Below, piece by piece: positions 37,285 to 50,656 of a DNA stretch of 64,000 nt (position 1 is its first letter; each line of letters begins with the position of its first letter). The stretch comes from Eledone cirrhosa. Its lineage: Eukaryota. The stretch lies in assembly GCA_964016885.1 (NCBI GenBank), contig OZ024741.1, forward strand, positions 342,426,001-342,490,000, read 5' to 3'. The position numbers were made by a program, and so were the translations under genes. Below the pieces are notes generated by a model. It did not search any database. It was not told where the DNA came from and saw only the letters and a program-made list of their open reading frames with translations.

Positions 37285-39183
37285 CACCTCATGCGATACA
37301 TCATAGAGAGGGTAGGGTGAAAACCTGGCTTCGGTGGGGCTCTGATCAATTTAGATCAGTCTAAGGCATTTGATAGAGTAGACCATCAATACTTGGAAGC
37401 GGTTCTCAAGGCAGCCGGCTTCGGTCCCGTCTTCAGAGGCTGGATCGCTGCCATGCACACCAGCATCTGCTCGGCAGTCAAGGTAAATGGTTACCTATCG
37501 GAGCCATTCCAAATCATGCGTTCCATCCGTCAGGGATGCCCTCTCTCCTCCATTCTGTATGTACTGATTCTCGAGCCGTTACTACGGAAGTTGGAGCTGT
37601 TGCAGGGCATCCCGATCGAACCAGGACTGCGGAAAGCAGCGTTGGCCTATGCCGACGACATAACCGTAATGGTGTCGAAAAGCTCGGACATCGGGGTAAT
37701 CGGCAACCTATTACAAGAATACGAAACGTTAACAGGAGCAAGACTAAACTCAAACGGACGCTAGACGGAAGGACCGGTGACATTGCTCGGGGTCCGGTTT
37801 GGTCCAGACCTCCAGGGGGACAAGAACTGGAACGAGGTCACAGGGAAGGTGTTTGCACTCACCCTTGAAAGGACGAGCGGAGGTGGCGAACACTTAAATA
37901 GCGTCCGTCATCTGCTACCGCTTGACACTCGTGCCTTGTTCCCGCGAATACCTCACCAAAATGGAACGCCTACTCTTCAAGTTCCTCTGGAAGAAACAGG
38001 CTCCATTGGTGAGGAGATCCATCTGCTGTCAATACCCTTCTAACGGAGGGCTGGGCATGACGTGGCTGATGATGCGCAAACAAGCGCTGAGGCTACGCCA
38101 TCTCCAGGTATTCCTGACCGGCGAACCGGTGTGGCTGTCGTTTGTAAGACGAGCTCTTCCACAACTCGTCTCACTAACAGAGCTGCAGTCCTGGGTCAAG
38201 CGAAGAACGAAAATGGACGCCTGGCACCTCGAGTGCCTTCAGGCGCTCACAGCCCTCTACCAAGCGAAAACGGCAATCAGCGGAGACTCCACTTCGACAT
38301 TCTATAGGGGATTAGTGGAGGATAAGTGCGACGACGTTCTTGGGGAAACTCTATGCATCGAGGAAGACGAACTGACCAGTCTGTTCGAGAGGAGTTCCCG
38401 TTCAGGGCCTATGGATAACTTCCAGAGGTCTCTGGCCTGGCAGTGCTACCGAGAAGCTCTACCAGTTCGAGACAAAATCTACAGACACGGACGCTCTGGC
38501 AGAGATCCTGCCAAAAGGACCTGTCCAAAATGCGAGCAGGACATCGAAACCGTTCTGCACGCAATTGTTCAGTGCTCAGGGGTGATCGACCTGTGGAATT
38601 ATGTCGAACAGCTACTGTCACGTGTAGGACGCATCCAGTTGTCAGCCGAGTCCATCGTGAGGATCAACCCGCCGCCTTCATTTAAGAATGAAGGAGAGGC
38701 GGTCTTCCTCTGTTTGGTGGCTATGGCGAAAGAGGTAATATGGTGGACTAGGTTAAAAGGACTGAGGGCAAGCACCTTTCTCTCCGGACAATAACTCATC
38801 CCCTTCTTTAAGTACCACCTCAGAAGGAAGGTGAGAGTGGAGAGAGAGGTGCTACACCCCAGTAAATTCGCTGAAAGGTTGGTGAATGTGGCGGAAATGG
38901 CCCGGGTGAATGGGCCTTCTCTGTATATAAACTTGTAGGTTGAAGAAGATAAACAGAGGGCAGACGGGAAACAAAACGTGTTCCTGGTGTTGAGGGTTGT
39001 TCTATCCACGGGGTGTAAAACAACCCCACAGTAGCGTTACCCCCCCTCCCCATGGGGATTTCAATTGTTTTATTTTTATATAGTTTATTGTTATTTATCA
39101 TTTTTAAAGATTTTATGTAAAACCCCCGCCGTGACGTCTTGTAATGTCCCATTTTTGCCCGCCCCTGTGGCAAATGAAGAAAT
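37283..39183 (+). mobile_element. 5'-truncated, degraded Tx1 (copy D) directly after the (ATCT)n tail of copy C
   Basis: HLMRYIIERVG, KAFDRV, QGCPLS, YADD, CPKC fragments with stops and deletions. Confidence 0.92.
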
Positions 39184-39394
39184 ATTTCTTTCCTTCTTTC
39201 TATTTCTTTATCTAACAATATTCTTTTCTTTCTTTCTATCTTTCTTACTTTCTTTCGTTCTTTCTTTATTCTTTCTTTCGTTCTTTCTTTCTATCTCATC
39301 GTCCTCCTCTCCTTTCTCAATCCTGGTCATCTTGATCGTCAAGATCGTTGTCATGCTAGTTTCTAATGTGTCATGAAGTTCATTTCATACAGAT

Positions 39395-39620
39395 TTCAAG
39401 AATTTGACCAAGGTTTTTGTAAAGAGGTTGACGCGTGTTGTCGATAGGCTGATTGGTGATACAGTCATCCACATTCTCGAACAAATCGATCTATAACAAC
39501 CTCTACCTGGGTCCCTGATTAATTTAAACCAAAATCCGGAAGCCTTCGACAGGATCGATTCATCAGTATTTAGTTCGACTTCAACGATATGGGGCCACTT
39601 TTCCCAGCGATAACCAGTAG
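39395..39620 (+). pseudogene. Old Tx1 RT fragment
   Basis: Degenerate match to the KILAKVLAKRL..GSLINLDQSKAFDR coding region. Confidence 0.55.
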
Positions 39621-39889
39621 TCCCATTCCATCGATCGTTTTTTTTTTTATTCCAGCTATCACAATTCTACTTTATCTTGCAAAGATGCTGAAGAGAGGGC
39701 CAATGAGTATAGCTGGTAATTTACCGAACCTAATGAAAACATGAAAAACAACATAAAAAAACGAACAAAATAAAAACAAAACAAAACAAAATTAGACAAA
39801 AACTAAAACAAACAAACACTAACCCGCAAACGCCCCTTTCTCTCCAAAAATTTCAAAAAAAAATAAGACCCGCAAAGAGTGTCCTCCAA

Positions 39890-40762
39890 AATAATTGTTT
39901 CTACTTTTGGCACAGGGCCAACAATTATCCCAGTGCATTATTGGTACTTTATTTTATCGACCCCTTAAGGATGAAAGCCAAAGTTAACAACGGTAGGATT
40001 TGAACTCAGGCCGTAAAGGAGCGTAACTCTATATTGCAAAGCATGGCGTCTGACCCTCCACCGAAACTGCCAATCCACCTCCAAAATAATAGTTTCTTAT
40101 ATAGGCACAAGGCCAGCAATTTTGGGGTAGGGGAAAGTCGATTAAATCTACCCCAGTACGTTACTGGTATTTATTTTATCGACCCCGTAAGGATGAAAGG
40201 CAAAGTTAACCTCGGTGGGATTTGAACTCAGAACGTAAAGGGCCATAACTCTATGCTGCAAAGCATGGTGTCTGACGTAACCCTAACCCTAATAATAGTA
40301 ATATTTTGTTGACATTTCACTTTATTACTGCCTACAGTTTATCCTAGATATTTTCTCACGCTACGTGCTTTGCTTGTACGATCCACTCAAATGTCTGTCT
40401 TCAACGACCTTCCACCGATACTGCCAATCCACCGCCCTAGTGTCCTCCAAAATAATTGTTTCTACTTTTGGGACAAGACCAGCAATTAACCAGTGCATTA
40501 CTGGTACTTTATTTTATCGACCCCGTAAGGATGAAAGGCAAAGTTAACCTCGACGGGATTTGAACTTGACCGTAAAGGGACGTAACTATGCTGAAAAGCA
40601 TGGCGCCCGACCCTTTACCGATACTGCCAATTCACCGCCCTTAATTGTTTCTACTTTTGGCACAAGGATAGCAATTATCCAGTACATTACTGGTACTTTA
40701 TTTTATCGATCCCGTAAGGATGAAAGGCAAAGTTAACCTCGGCGGGATTTGAACTCAGATCG
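39890..40762 (-). mobile_element. Tandem cluster of ~4 SINE family 1 copies
   Basis: Repeated GGATGAAAGGCAAAGTTAACCTCG..GGATTTGAACTC units. Confidence 0.85.
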
Positions 40763-41158
40763 TGTCCTCCAAAATAATGTAAATAGAAAGTATGTGGAGA
40801 AGTCTATCTCCCCCTTAGAATGAATGAAGTCGACATTGCTTAGAACAATAAACAGCCAATTGATGAAATAGCCCGCCTGATGTAGGAACCCCGTGAGGTG
40901 GGATGGCTGATGCAGCGGGTATCGCAGCAATATCTCCACCATTTTATCCGCGGGGTGCAGCTAAAACATACCGTTCAGACTGGGGATGTAGAATCTGTCT
41001 CTTCCTCCCTCCCCTTTTCTCTTTCTTTCCTTGCTTAATTTCTTTATTCATTTGGTTTTTTCTTCTTTCCCTTCTCTTTTTGTTTTCATTTCCCCTATTG
41101 CCAGTTATATTATACAGTTTTTATGTTATCATAATTTCATTTCACATTGATGAAACTA

Positions 41159-41325
41159 CCGTATACCCGGCGTCGAAGACGCTACTTTTTTCCTAAAATA
41201 AGTCTCAAAAATCTACCATGCGTCCTGGAGGCCGAAGGTTGTTTATTATTTTTTTTCAAATTTTTGGTTGTCAAAATTAGGGTGCGTCCCCGAGGACGAA
41301 GCGTCTTCGGCGTCGGGAAATACTG
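41159..41325. mobile_element. MITE, Tc1/mariner-pogo type
   Basis: TIR CCGTATACCCGGCGTCGAAGACGC / GCGTCTTCGGCGTCGGGAAATACTG flanked by TA. Confidence 0.75.
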
Positions 41326-41523
41326 TATGTAAATGAGTTATAAAGAGACCTAGGCAGATTTATGAAATGGATCCCAATTCTGCGCAGCATGCAAGAGACA
41401 GATTACTGATGAGAACTAACTAACAAGGATATAAAATACTGTCATAGTTGTGGTATGTTCTCATTACACACAGGTGACGTTTCTCCACCTGGTCAATTCT
41501 GGTTGGATGGCTATTATTTGCTA

Positions 41524-41554
<31 letters not shown>

Positions 41555-41583
41555 CATGCATTGGATTGTCGGTATCCGCCTCC

Positions 41584-41826
41584 TCATAATCATCATCACC
41601 ATCACCATCACCACCATTATCATTATCATCATCATCATCATAATCAACATCATCATCACCACCACCACCATCATCATGATTATCATCATTGTCAACATCA
41701 TTACCATCATCATCATTATCATCAACATTATCATCATCACTATCATCGTCATGATGATGATGACCACCACCACCACCACCACCACCACCACTATCATCAT
41801 CATAATCACCATCATCACCGTCATTA
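41584..41826. repeat. (CAT/CAC)n microsatellite
   Basis: Directly visible. Confidence 0.9.
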
Positions 41827-42399
41827 GTGTTATTCTATCATAGTTGTTTTTATTCTCGTTGTTACAACCGTTTAACTATTGTCAGGCCTTGAAGCATAAA
41901 CACCAAATTTCTTCTGCTGGAATATGAAGAATAGATTATTGTATTTGTATTGTAGTGTTGTTGGCTGAGACTATGAGACTAGGCTGTCAAGTGACTATTA
42001 CAGTAAATTCCGGAGGTGTCTGCTATTTATGAAGAATGGTGGAGGAAAGGAGAGGAGCGCGGGGAGGTTAGTTCATGGAGACAGCAATAAACGTGCTAAA
42101 TTTGCGTGTGGATGAAATGTTTGTGCGTAAAACGGAAGAGGAGTATGGTTGTTTGGTTTGGTGGTGTCGTTAATGTAGAAAGTGGATGAGGTTGAAGGTG
42201 ACGCCGAGATTGGTATTAATATAATAATTGAAAGTGGAAAAGAAAAGAAAGGAAACAAAAAGAAGGTCGAGGAAGACAGACATTTGAGTGGATCGTACAA
42301 GCAAAGCACGTACCGTGAGAAAATATCCAGGGTGGACTGTAGGCAGTAATAAAGTGAAATGTCAACAAAAGGTATTATTATTATTATTAGGGTTAGGGT

Positions 42400-43100
42400 T
42401 ACGTCAGACACCATGCTTTGCAGCATAGAGTTATGGCCCTTTATAATCTGAGTTCAAATCCCGCCGAGGTTAACTTTGCTTTTCATCCTTACGGGGTCGA
42501 TAAAATAAAGTACCAGTCACGCACTGGAGTCGATTTAATCGACTTTCCCCTTCCCCCCAAAAATTGCTAGCCTTGTACTAGGGTTAGGGTTACGTCAGAC
42601 ACCATGCTTTGCAGCATAAAGTTATGGCCCTTTACGTTTTGAACTCAAATCCCACCGAGGTTAACTTTGCCTTTCATCCTTACAGGGTCGATAAAATAAA
42701 GTACCAGTAATGCATTGGGATAAATGCTGGCTTTGTGCCCAAAGTAGACAATCATTATTATTAGGATTGTGGTTTAGCAGTGTCATTAGAGTGTCGGACA
42801 CCATGCTTTGTGGCATAGAGTTACGGCCCTTTACGATCTGAGTTCAAATCCTGCCGAGGTTAGTTTTTCCTTTCATCCTTACGAGGTCGATAAAATAAAG
42901 TACCAGTAACAGGTCCATTTGATTGATTTTTCCCCACAAAAAAAAAAAAAAAAAAATGCTGGCCTTGTGCCTAAATTAGAAACCATTATTATTATTATTG
43001 ATGGATTGGCAGTATCGGTAGAGTGCCAAACACTGTGCTTTGCGGCATAGAGTTGTGACCCTTTACGAGGTCGATAAAATAAAGTACCAATAATGTACGG
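42400..43100 (+). mobile_element. Tandem cluster of ~4 SINE family 1 copies
   Basis: Repeated GTTCAAATCC..GAGGTTAACTTTGC..GTCGATAAAATAAAGTACCA units. Confidence 0.85.
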
Positions 43101-43739
43101 TGGTATGTAAACTAACATAAACACTACTACATATGTGCAAAAACATGATCGATATACATTTATATTTCTTGTATGTACAGTTGAACACACACGTACACAC
43201 ACACACACACAATTAATAAAGGTTCTACGAAGGAGAAAAAAAAAGTCAGCTTTTTCCGTCCGACGGAGAGACGTCCCACCCACTTTGGGGTGGGTGAGAG
43301 ATGTCTTCTCTTGTGAAAATGGGCATAGCTTTCATGATGTAAAATCTCTCCATTTTGCCTCATTTCTTCTTGTTTTGGGGCCTTTATTTTCATGGTACTC
43401 TCCATTTGGATTTTTAGAGGTTGGCAGGTCTGAGAAAAGGATCCACAGTAAAATAAAGTACTCAAAACATTAGTAATGAAGGTACGTATTTACTTCATAT
43501 GGAAATGACTTTTATAAGACTAAAACTGATTCATTGGTTTGAAATCACGAGGAGAAGAGTCAACGACTAGTTTCTTATATATTTATTATACTCATCAGAG
43601 ATCACTTATTTCGCATCTATTTTTATGTATTACGTAAAAATAAAAACAATACCTTATTAATGTTGTAAATATATTTACATAATAGAACAGTATTGACAAA
43701 TGGAGTTTAATGGGATCGCGGTTGACTGATCATATCATC

Positions 43740-44045
43740 AGTATCGGTCGCTCTCCGAAAAGTTTGCGGTCGTGCCCCTAACAGTGGAGACTTCTGATGT
43801 CCTTGGCCCTAGGGCTACCGCCCTACTTACCAACATAGGCGCTGAGCTGGCCAGCTGCAGGTGTGAGCCTCGCGAGATGGAATGGCTCTTCCAGCACATC
43901 TCCCTTACCATCCTCCGGGGAAACGCCTTCTCCATTCTGTCCTCCGGAACCGTGGGGCGGCCAGCACGTGGGACCCTATAATACAGAAAGATGGGGAGGG
44001 CGAGAGAAAGGGAGGCGATGACAGTGGAAGTTCGGCTCTTCCGTG
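43740..44045 (+). mobile_element. 3' remnant of an RLE-type (CRE-like) non-LTR retrotransposon
   Basis: VPLTVETSDVLGPRA..WLFQHISLTILRGNAFSIL resembles the C-terminal block of CRE-like ORFs; 3'UTR recurs at 20218. Confidence 0.65.
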
Positions 44046-44768
44046 TTTGGACACATCTATCAATTCTATGTTGCTGTTGATATTTTGTCTTTCCAGGGAC
44101 GTGGCTTGTCCAATAAGGATATAAACAATTTTATATCCAATTGTAAATTTTCTTTATAGGATGTTGCAGAAAAGTTTTAGAATGAATTGATTGTATTTTA
44201 TATATACAGATACACATATATATACATTTTTATATATTTAGGGAGCGGTTTTGTATGTGGATGTGTAGCGGTGTACGTGTGTATATGTATGTATGTGTAT
44301 ATGTATGTATGTGTTTACGTAAAAGGTATAAATAAACAAAAAACAACACATTATTAATGTAAATATATTTACACAATAGGACAATATTGACGAATGGAGT
44401 TTAATTCTTCCTAACAGTTAAGAAGTGGAATAAACAGACCCAGGCGTATATTGATAAATACAAAACTAAACAGGAATTCTTCTCTTTTAGATGTCAGAGC
44501 TCTTGTAGTCTATCCAGAGTTTATATTTTCCCACTGAGACGAAATGTATGTTTATTAAGCATATATATAATTTCTATATAGAAAATTATTATTCACAGCT
44601 GTGCTATGTTGGTACTTTTGTTATTACCGTCAATGTGTCTGGCCGTCGACATCGTAGCACGATGGAAATTACTTTCTGCTAGTAATACTTTGCTTATGCT
44701 TTGTGTGAGGATATATATTCTTCACAACTTTGGCGAATGGGAGGCGAGCTAGCTATTCCCACACACAT

Positions 44769-44868
<100 letters not shown>

Positions 44869-44968
44869 CATCCGAAACGTTAAAACCCTCTTCTGCTATT
44901 TCAAGGGTTAACCTAATATATTCCTTCCATATACTGTACCGATTGTGTTGTTATTTCTGTTTATCTTT

Positions 44969-45069
<101 letters not shown>

Positions 45070-45140
45070 GCATACGCCTACACACATATGTATGCATGTG
45101 CATACGTATACATACACACACTATATATATACATATATAG

Positions 45141-45220
<80 letters not shown>

Positions 45221-45482
45221 GAACACTCTTCTCCTTTAGCTACCGAAGATCATGTGGTTTGTCCACGGGTTATATTTCCACATATATAGGAAAGTAAAAA
45301 ACAACAACACACGAGTATAAGTTACAAATGGTATTAGGTTCACGCTTAGTGATGGTGGGGGATGTGGGGTGTAGGTGCGACGTTTCGGGCATAATCCCTT
45401 CATCAGGAGAGTGGTGGGAAGGAGGAGGAAGAGGAACTCCGAGAGGGAGTGTGTATGTGTGTGTGTGCGTGCGTGCGTGTGT

Positions 45483-45673
45483 GCAACCCGGGTTAAAACG
45501 GGGATAACCACAGTAAGTAAGGTACTCAATACATAGCAGAGTACAAATATTTAATATAGAAATGGCTTCTACAGGACTAGAAGTGTTTCATTCGAAGAAA
45601 ACCACCAAGAAAGCCTTGATGATTTCTTTCGAATGAAACAGTTCTAGTCCTGTAGAAGCCATTACTATATTAA

Positions 45674-45676
<3 letters not shown>
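45483..45676. mobile_element. Fold-back element with hammerhead core lacking the 5' stem I strand
   Basis: Arms 45548-45600 / 45623-45676; TTGATGA-TTTC-TTTC-GAAT-GAAA-CAG..CTG-TA; family shared with 54511-54690. Confidence 0.75.
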
Positions 45677-45704
<28 letters not shown>

Positions 45705-45755
45705 TGTATGTATGTATGTATGTATGTATGTATGTGTGTATGTATGTATGTATGT

Positions 45756-45795
<40 letters not shown>

Positions 45796-46182
45796 GTCTA
45801 CATATATGATTTTGAATTCCAGAGACCTCTTTTCTTTCCCCTGGAAATTTCCTTGTCTTTTTTCTAAAACTTTATTTATATATTATATATTTATTCTCTT
45901 CTCATAACAGGAGACTTGGTTTCTCTACACCCATTCTTTCTTTTTTATTTCATTTTTGCTTTCCTATTAATATCTATATTTATCTTTCATAAGCCCATGC
46001 TCCACGGGTCTGTTTTCGTGGAAAGACAGAAAAAATAGGAAAGACAAGTTTATAACTTTGTTTATTAATTTTCTCTAAGATATATTGTGCCGGTGAACCA
46101 GTTGCAAATACGCATAAGCATCTTTGCTCTCTTTTATTAATGAAGTCGGGCCTAATCTGATCACGCTTAAATTTTTCGAATA

Positions 46183-46646
46183 GGCTATTTTGCCGGTAAA
46201 ACACGCAAACATGCTTTTAAAGCTTATTTTACCGGTCCCTGGTAAATATGGATAGTGTTAGTGTTGGGTTTAGGTTTAGGATTAGGTTTGGGCTTGGGTT
46301 TCGGTTTCGGTTAGGGTTTCGGTTAGGGTTAGGGTTTACATTGTCTTAATAATTGGAGGTGAAAATAAATAAACTTCTGTGTTAAATCTGTGTTGTTATT
46401 TTTAACATTATCTGCCTTCATAATAATTGTTTCTACTATTGGCACAAGGCCAGCAATTACCCAGTACATTACTGGTACTTTATTTTATCGACCTCGTAAG
46501 GATGAAAGGAAAAGCTAACCTCCGCGGGATTTGAACTCAGACCGTAAAGGGCCGCAACTCTATGCTGCAAAGCATGGTGTCTGACACTCTTACCAGCAAA
46601 ATATCCTGTGGGTCTATTTTAACGAGACCGGCAAAATAGACCTTTT
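46183..46646. mobile_element. Small element with inverted ends, 3' stem-loop and internal telomere-like repeats; SINE family 1 (-) inserted at ~46420-46592
   Basis: CTATTTTGCCGGT / ACCGGCAAAATAG; stem-loop GGTCTATTTT..AAAATAGACC then TTTT; degenerate (TTAGGG)n 46258-46337. Confidence 0.55.
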
Positions 46647-46808
46647 CTAAATTTTTCATGAAATGTTTTGTCTCCAACTTCTCTTGGCAAGCCAGGGAGA
46701 GTTAGCAAATCCAGAGAATGACTTTAGTGAAAGATGAAATTAATCAATGAATCAACTCTATCTTTTTCTCTGGCTACTGAGAGACTCAGCGTTTTAACTA
46801 CATGTATA

Positions 46809-47001
46809 GGAGGGTAGGCTGAAAGTTCATAGGCTGACTTTCAAGGGGTGAGACTAGAGCTGTGAAATCTTGCATGTATTAATTTCAATTCTTCTTATTA
46901 TAGCATTGTTTCTTTCCAGGGACTATGTTGATAAATATATCTCATTTGGTCATTCCATGAGAGTACCTTGGACATCCTATGAACTTTTCAGCTGACCCTC
47001 G
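46809..47001. mobile_element. Mariner-type MITE
   Basis: TIR GAGGGTAGGCTGAAAGTTCATAG / CTATGAACTTTTCAGCTGACCCTCG with TA flanks. Confidence 0.75.
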
Positions 47002-47343
47002 TATGTTCATGTATATGTATATATATATATATGTTTAAGTATGTGTAGATATGTATATATATGTTTAAGTATATGTAGATATTTATATATATGTTTAAGA
47101 ATATGTAGATATGTACATATGTTTAAGTATATGTATATATGTTTAAGTATATGTATATATGTATATATGTAGATATGTATATATGTAGATATGTATATGT
47201 GTAGATATATATACATTTATATATGTTTAAGTATATGTAGATATGTACATATATGTTTAAGTATATGTAGATATGTAATTGCAGCTGTTTCTATATAATA
47301 ACCCCCCCCCAGACAAACAAACACACACCCATAGACACACACA

Positions 47344-47389
<46 letters not shown>

Positions 47390-47554
47390 GAATATGTTTT
47401 ACTTTAAAATATTTTATTGTTTATCGACCTTTACATATGTTTCACAGATGAATGACTCGAGATCCCCACCGATGGTGGAGACACTTATGAAGATCTCAAG
47501 CCAATCATCCGTGAAACATACGGAAGAGGCTATATATATATATACAATAAAAAT

Positions 47555-47820
47555 GGAGGCACGTGGCCTAGTGGTAAGGGTGTTCGACTTCCGATCATAA
47601 TGTCGTTCTTGGGTTCGATTCTTGGGTTGCGTGTTGTGTTCTTCAGCAAAACACCCCAGTATATTCGGCTGAACATGAGTACCAGCAATAACTGGTAGTT
47701 TAACCCTGCGATGGACTGGTGTCCTGTCCAGGAGGAAATCTTGTACTGTCAGTCGCTTCACGCCATGAAACTGGGATAAGCTCCGGCCAAATGAGCCCTC
47801 TCGCTTAAGGTAGACTTTAG
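47555..47820 (+). mobile_element. SINE family 2, full length
   Basis: TGGCCTAGTGG A-box, GGTTCGATTC B-box, AACCCTGCGATGGACTGG core. Confidence 0.85.
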
Positions 47821-47942
47821 ATATACAATAAAAACATTTTAAAGTGAAATGTAATATCATAATTCATATAAATGTGAGTCAGGTTGGATTTAGATTGGAG
47901 TTGGTTAAACCATTACACAACAGAGTAGAGTATCGTTGTATT

Positions 47943-48057
47943 ATAAAGAGTCGGGACCCCGACGGCTGAGCTCTTGCCATATCAACAATTAGTTCCAGAG
48001 GCTGGAACTAGCTGCTGAAACGGCAAGAGCTCAGCCGTCGCGGCCTCGATTATTTAT
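47943..48057. repeat. Fold-back hairpin with 3' half hammerhead
   Basis: GAAA-CGGC-AAGAGCTCA-GCCG-TC at 48017-48039; homologous to 22813-22936. Confidence 0.7.
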
Positions 48058-48081
48058 ATATATATACATATATATAGGTAC

Positions 48082-48182
<101 letters not shown>

Positions 48183-48300
48183 CATATATTAGGTCGTCAA
48201 GTATGAAATTTGTAAAAATTTGTTAGTACTATCCAGTGAATTTCCAATCGATAAGGTATGATTTTCATGGGTATGTCTCTATTTAAAAAACAAACTTTGT

Positions 48301-48370
48301 ATTTTATCTGATGAAAGCATGAAAGCGTACCAATGTTGTCTTGGCACCCTTGAAATATATATAGTAAAAT
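48301..48370 (+). ncRNA. Type I hammerhead motif (same family as 11220)
   Basis: ATTTTAT/GTAAAAT stem I; CTGATGA; GAAA 48352-55; ATATATAT stem III; AUA site; short ATGAAAGC duplication in stem II. Confidence 0.7.
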
Positions 48371-48410
48371 AAATATGGTTTTATAAATATAGTTTCCATT
48401 TATTTAATAT

Positions 48411-48474
<64 letters not shown>

Positions 48475-48700
48475 GTACCTATATATATATTGATATCAAA
48501 TAGGTGATAAATTCCTTCAACAGCCTAACCCTAACCCACCCACCAAAAACACCAGCAGCCTTCTATTCTGTCCACCCAAACTTCGATTTTCCATCTATAA
48601 AACTAGTCTACCTGCCAACATTATTCAGGCTGTATTATGATTTATACAGACAGTAAACAGTACCCAGAACATATATAAATATACAACACACAAACACATA

Positions 48701-48763
<63 letters not shown>

Positions 48764-48771
<8 letters not shown>

Positions 48772-49101
48772 GAAATAACAGGAGACTGGACTGGTGTAAA
48801 TCCTTGAAAGGTTTATTATACTATGATCATTTCAATGACCGGGTTCCATATGAATCCGGTGATATCATCAGGTATTGGAATATAACAAAGGAATATGTAA
48901 AAAGCCATGGGTCCGAAAAATCAGAGACAGAGGGGAAAGTCTGATTTTTCGGACCCATGGCTTTTTACATATTCCTTTGTTATATTCCAATACCTGATGA
49001 TATCACCGGATTCATATGGAACCCGGTCATTGAAATGATCATAGTATAATAAACCTTTCAAGGATTTACACCAGTCCAGCCTCCTGTTATTTCATTTATA
49101 A
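48764..49101. mobile_element. Fold-back element with ~160-bp arms, right tail to ~49240
   Basis: 48764-48924 is the reverse complement of 48940-49101; (TA)n flanks. Confidence 0.88.
48990..49047 (+). ncRNA. Type I hammerhead ribozyme motif (mirror copy in left arm)
   Basis: ATAC/GTAT stem I; CTGATGA; ACCGG..CCGGT stem II; GAAA; ATGATCAT palindromic stem III; AUA site. Confidence 0.78.
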
Positions 49102-49455
49102 TTAACTCCGTATTCGCATCACCAACTACATAAACGAATATGGGTGAACTGCACTGCGTTGAGTACTCTTCACAATATTACACCAGGATTGACCATACGG
49201 AATGACCAGTTCTATCCAGTGGTGAACCAACAAACCTAAAGATATATATATATATATATATATATGTAGATAAATCTACCAAAAGTTTACGGTAGTGTCC
49301 AATCCGTATGAAGAACTCAATGTAATCCGGATATCATGAAAAGAGAAGATGCATTCAAAAACTATTTTCGGTGAAAAATAAACGGAAAACAGAGTCAAGA
49401 TAAATTAATAAAACAATGAATAAACAAAGAAACAGTTCCTTATATTAAAAGAAAT

Positions 49456-49597
49456 TCATCATTTTACGATCGTTTCTAGGATATATATGTGTTAGAGTTG
49501 GTATGCATATTCTATAGATCTATGTATAATATTTATACAAACTATCAGAGGGAATATACATACCTACACATATATATGCTGTCTTCAGAAATAATGA
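49456..49597 (-). ncRNA. Type I hammerhead in the PLE 3' terminus (sense to the RT ORF)
   Basis: Reverse complement of 53863-54004. Confidence 0.75.
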
Positions 49598-50232
49598 TAT
49601 TTGTTTATTGAAAAAAACAAAGATGCAATACAATAGGTCTGTTTGGGAACAGGTTTTGAATTGACCAATAGAGAGATAGTAAGGGTCAAGATAGTAAGAA
49701 AGTAGTAGAAGAACCTTAAATTATGGGTAGAGGAAGGTAGAATTCAGTTTTGGATGGAAAAGAATATTATGAATGAAGGATTATTTTAGGGAAGAAAATA
49801 GGTCGTATGCTGACCTCAGAAATAAATTTATTTGTTCATTGAATAAAACCAACAAAGATCTAATATATTCTGTCTGTTTGGTAAGAGGTTTAGAATTAAC
49901 CAATAGAAAGTTAATAATTGGCCAAATGGTAAAATAGTAGTAATTGAAATTTATTTTAGGGGTGAAAATAGGTCAGGTGGTCAGTAAAAGTTATAGAAGC
50001 AGTTGTTGTTATAAAATAGTAATTCCAATGCAAATATCTAAGGAGACTAAAGTTTTACGATAAGAGTGTTAGTGAAAAAAAATACATCTATGAAAAGAAT
50101 ATAAATTAATTTAATTGATGGGTATATTTATATTGATAAAATTATACTAATACATATAGATATGATAAATAAGAGTTAGATGCAGTTGAAAAGTGCTGTT
50201 AAAGATGAGGGGAATTAAAAGAATATAAAAAT

Positions 50233-50270
<38 letters not shown>

Positions 50271-50309
50271 CATATATACACATACACACACACACACATA
50301 CACACATAT

Positions 50310-50357
<48 letters not shown>

Positions 50358-50656
50358 GCAAATATACATACATATATATATATATATACACACACATACA
50401 CATTTACATATACATATAATTATTGGGGGGGGGGATTAAAATTATTAGTGAGAAATAATAAATATATATAGATTTCAAGGAACATAGAGTCATAACCTGA
50501 AGTTAAAGCATTATATATGTTTACTTAATGGTATCAGTTTTAGGAAATGATAGTTGTAAGAAGGAAAGCAAAATTATGTAGTTCATCAGTAGTAGAATAT
50601 TAATTATAGGTTAACTAAATTAAAAACAGTTTATATATTAATTTCTAAAGTGTATA

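Noticed and set aside
41420-41843. His-rich / Ile-rich / Met-rich ORFs
   Set aside because: (CAT/CAC)n microsatellite without coding context
39890-43100. Regularly recurring ~200-bp units as a CRISPR-like array or tRNA genes
   Set aside because: Diverged tandem SINE copies; no cloverleaf, no unique spacers, no cas genes, eukaryotic context
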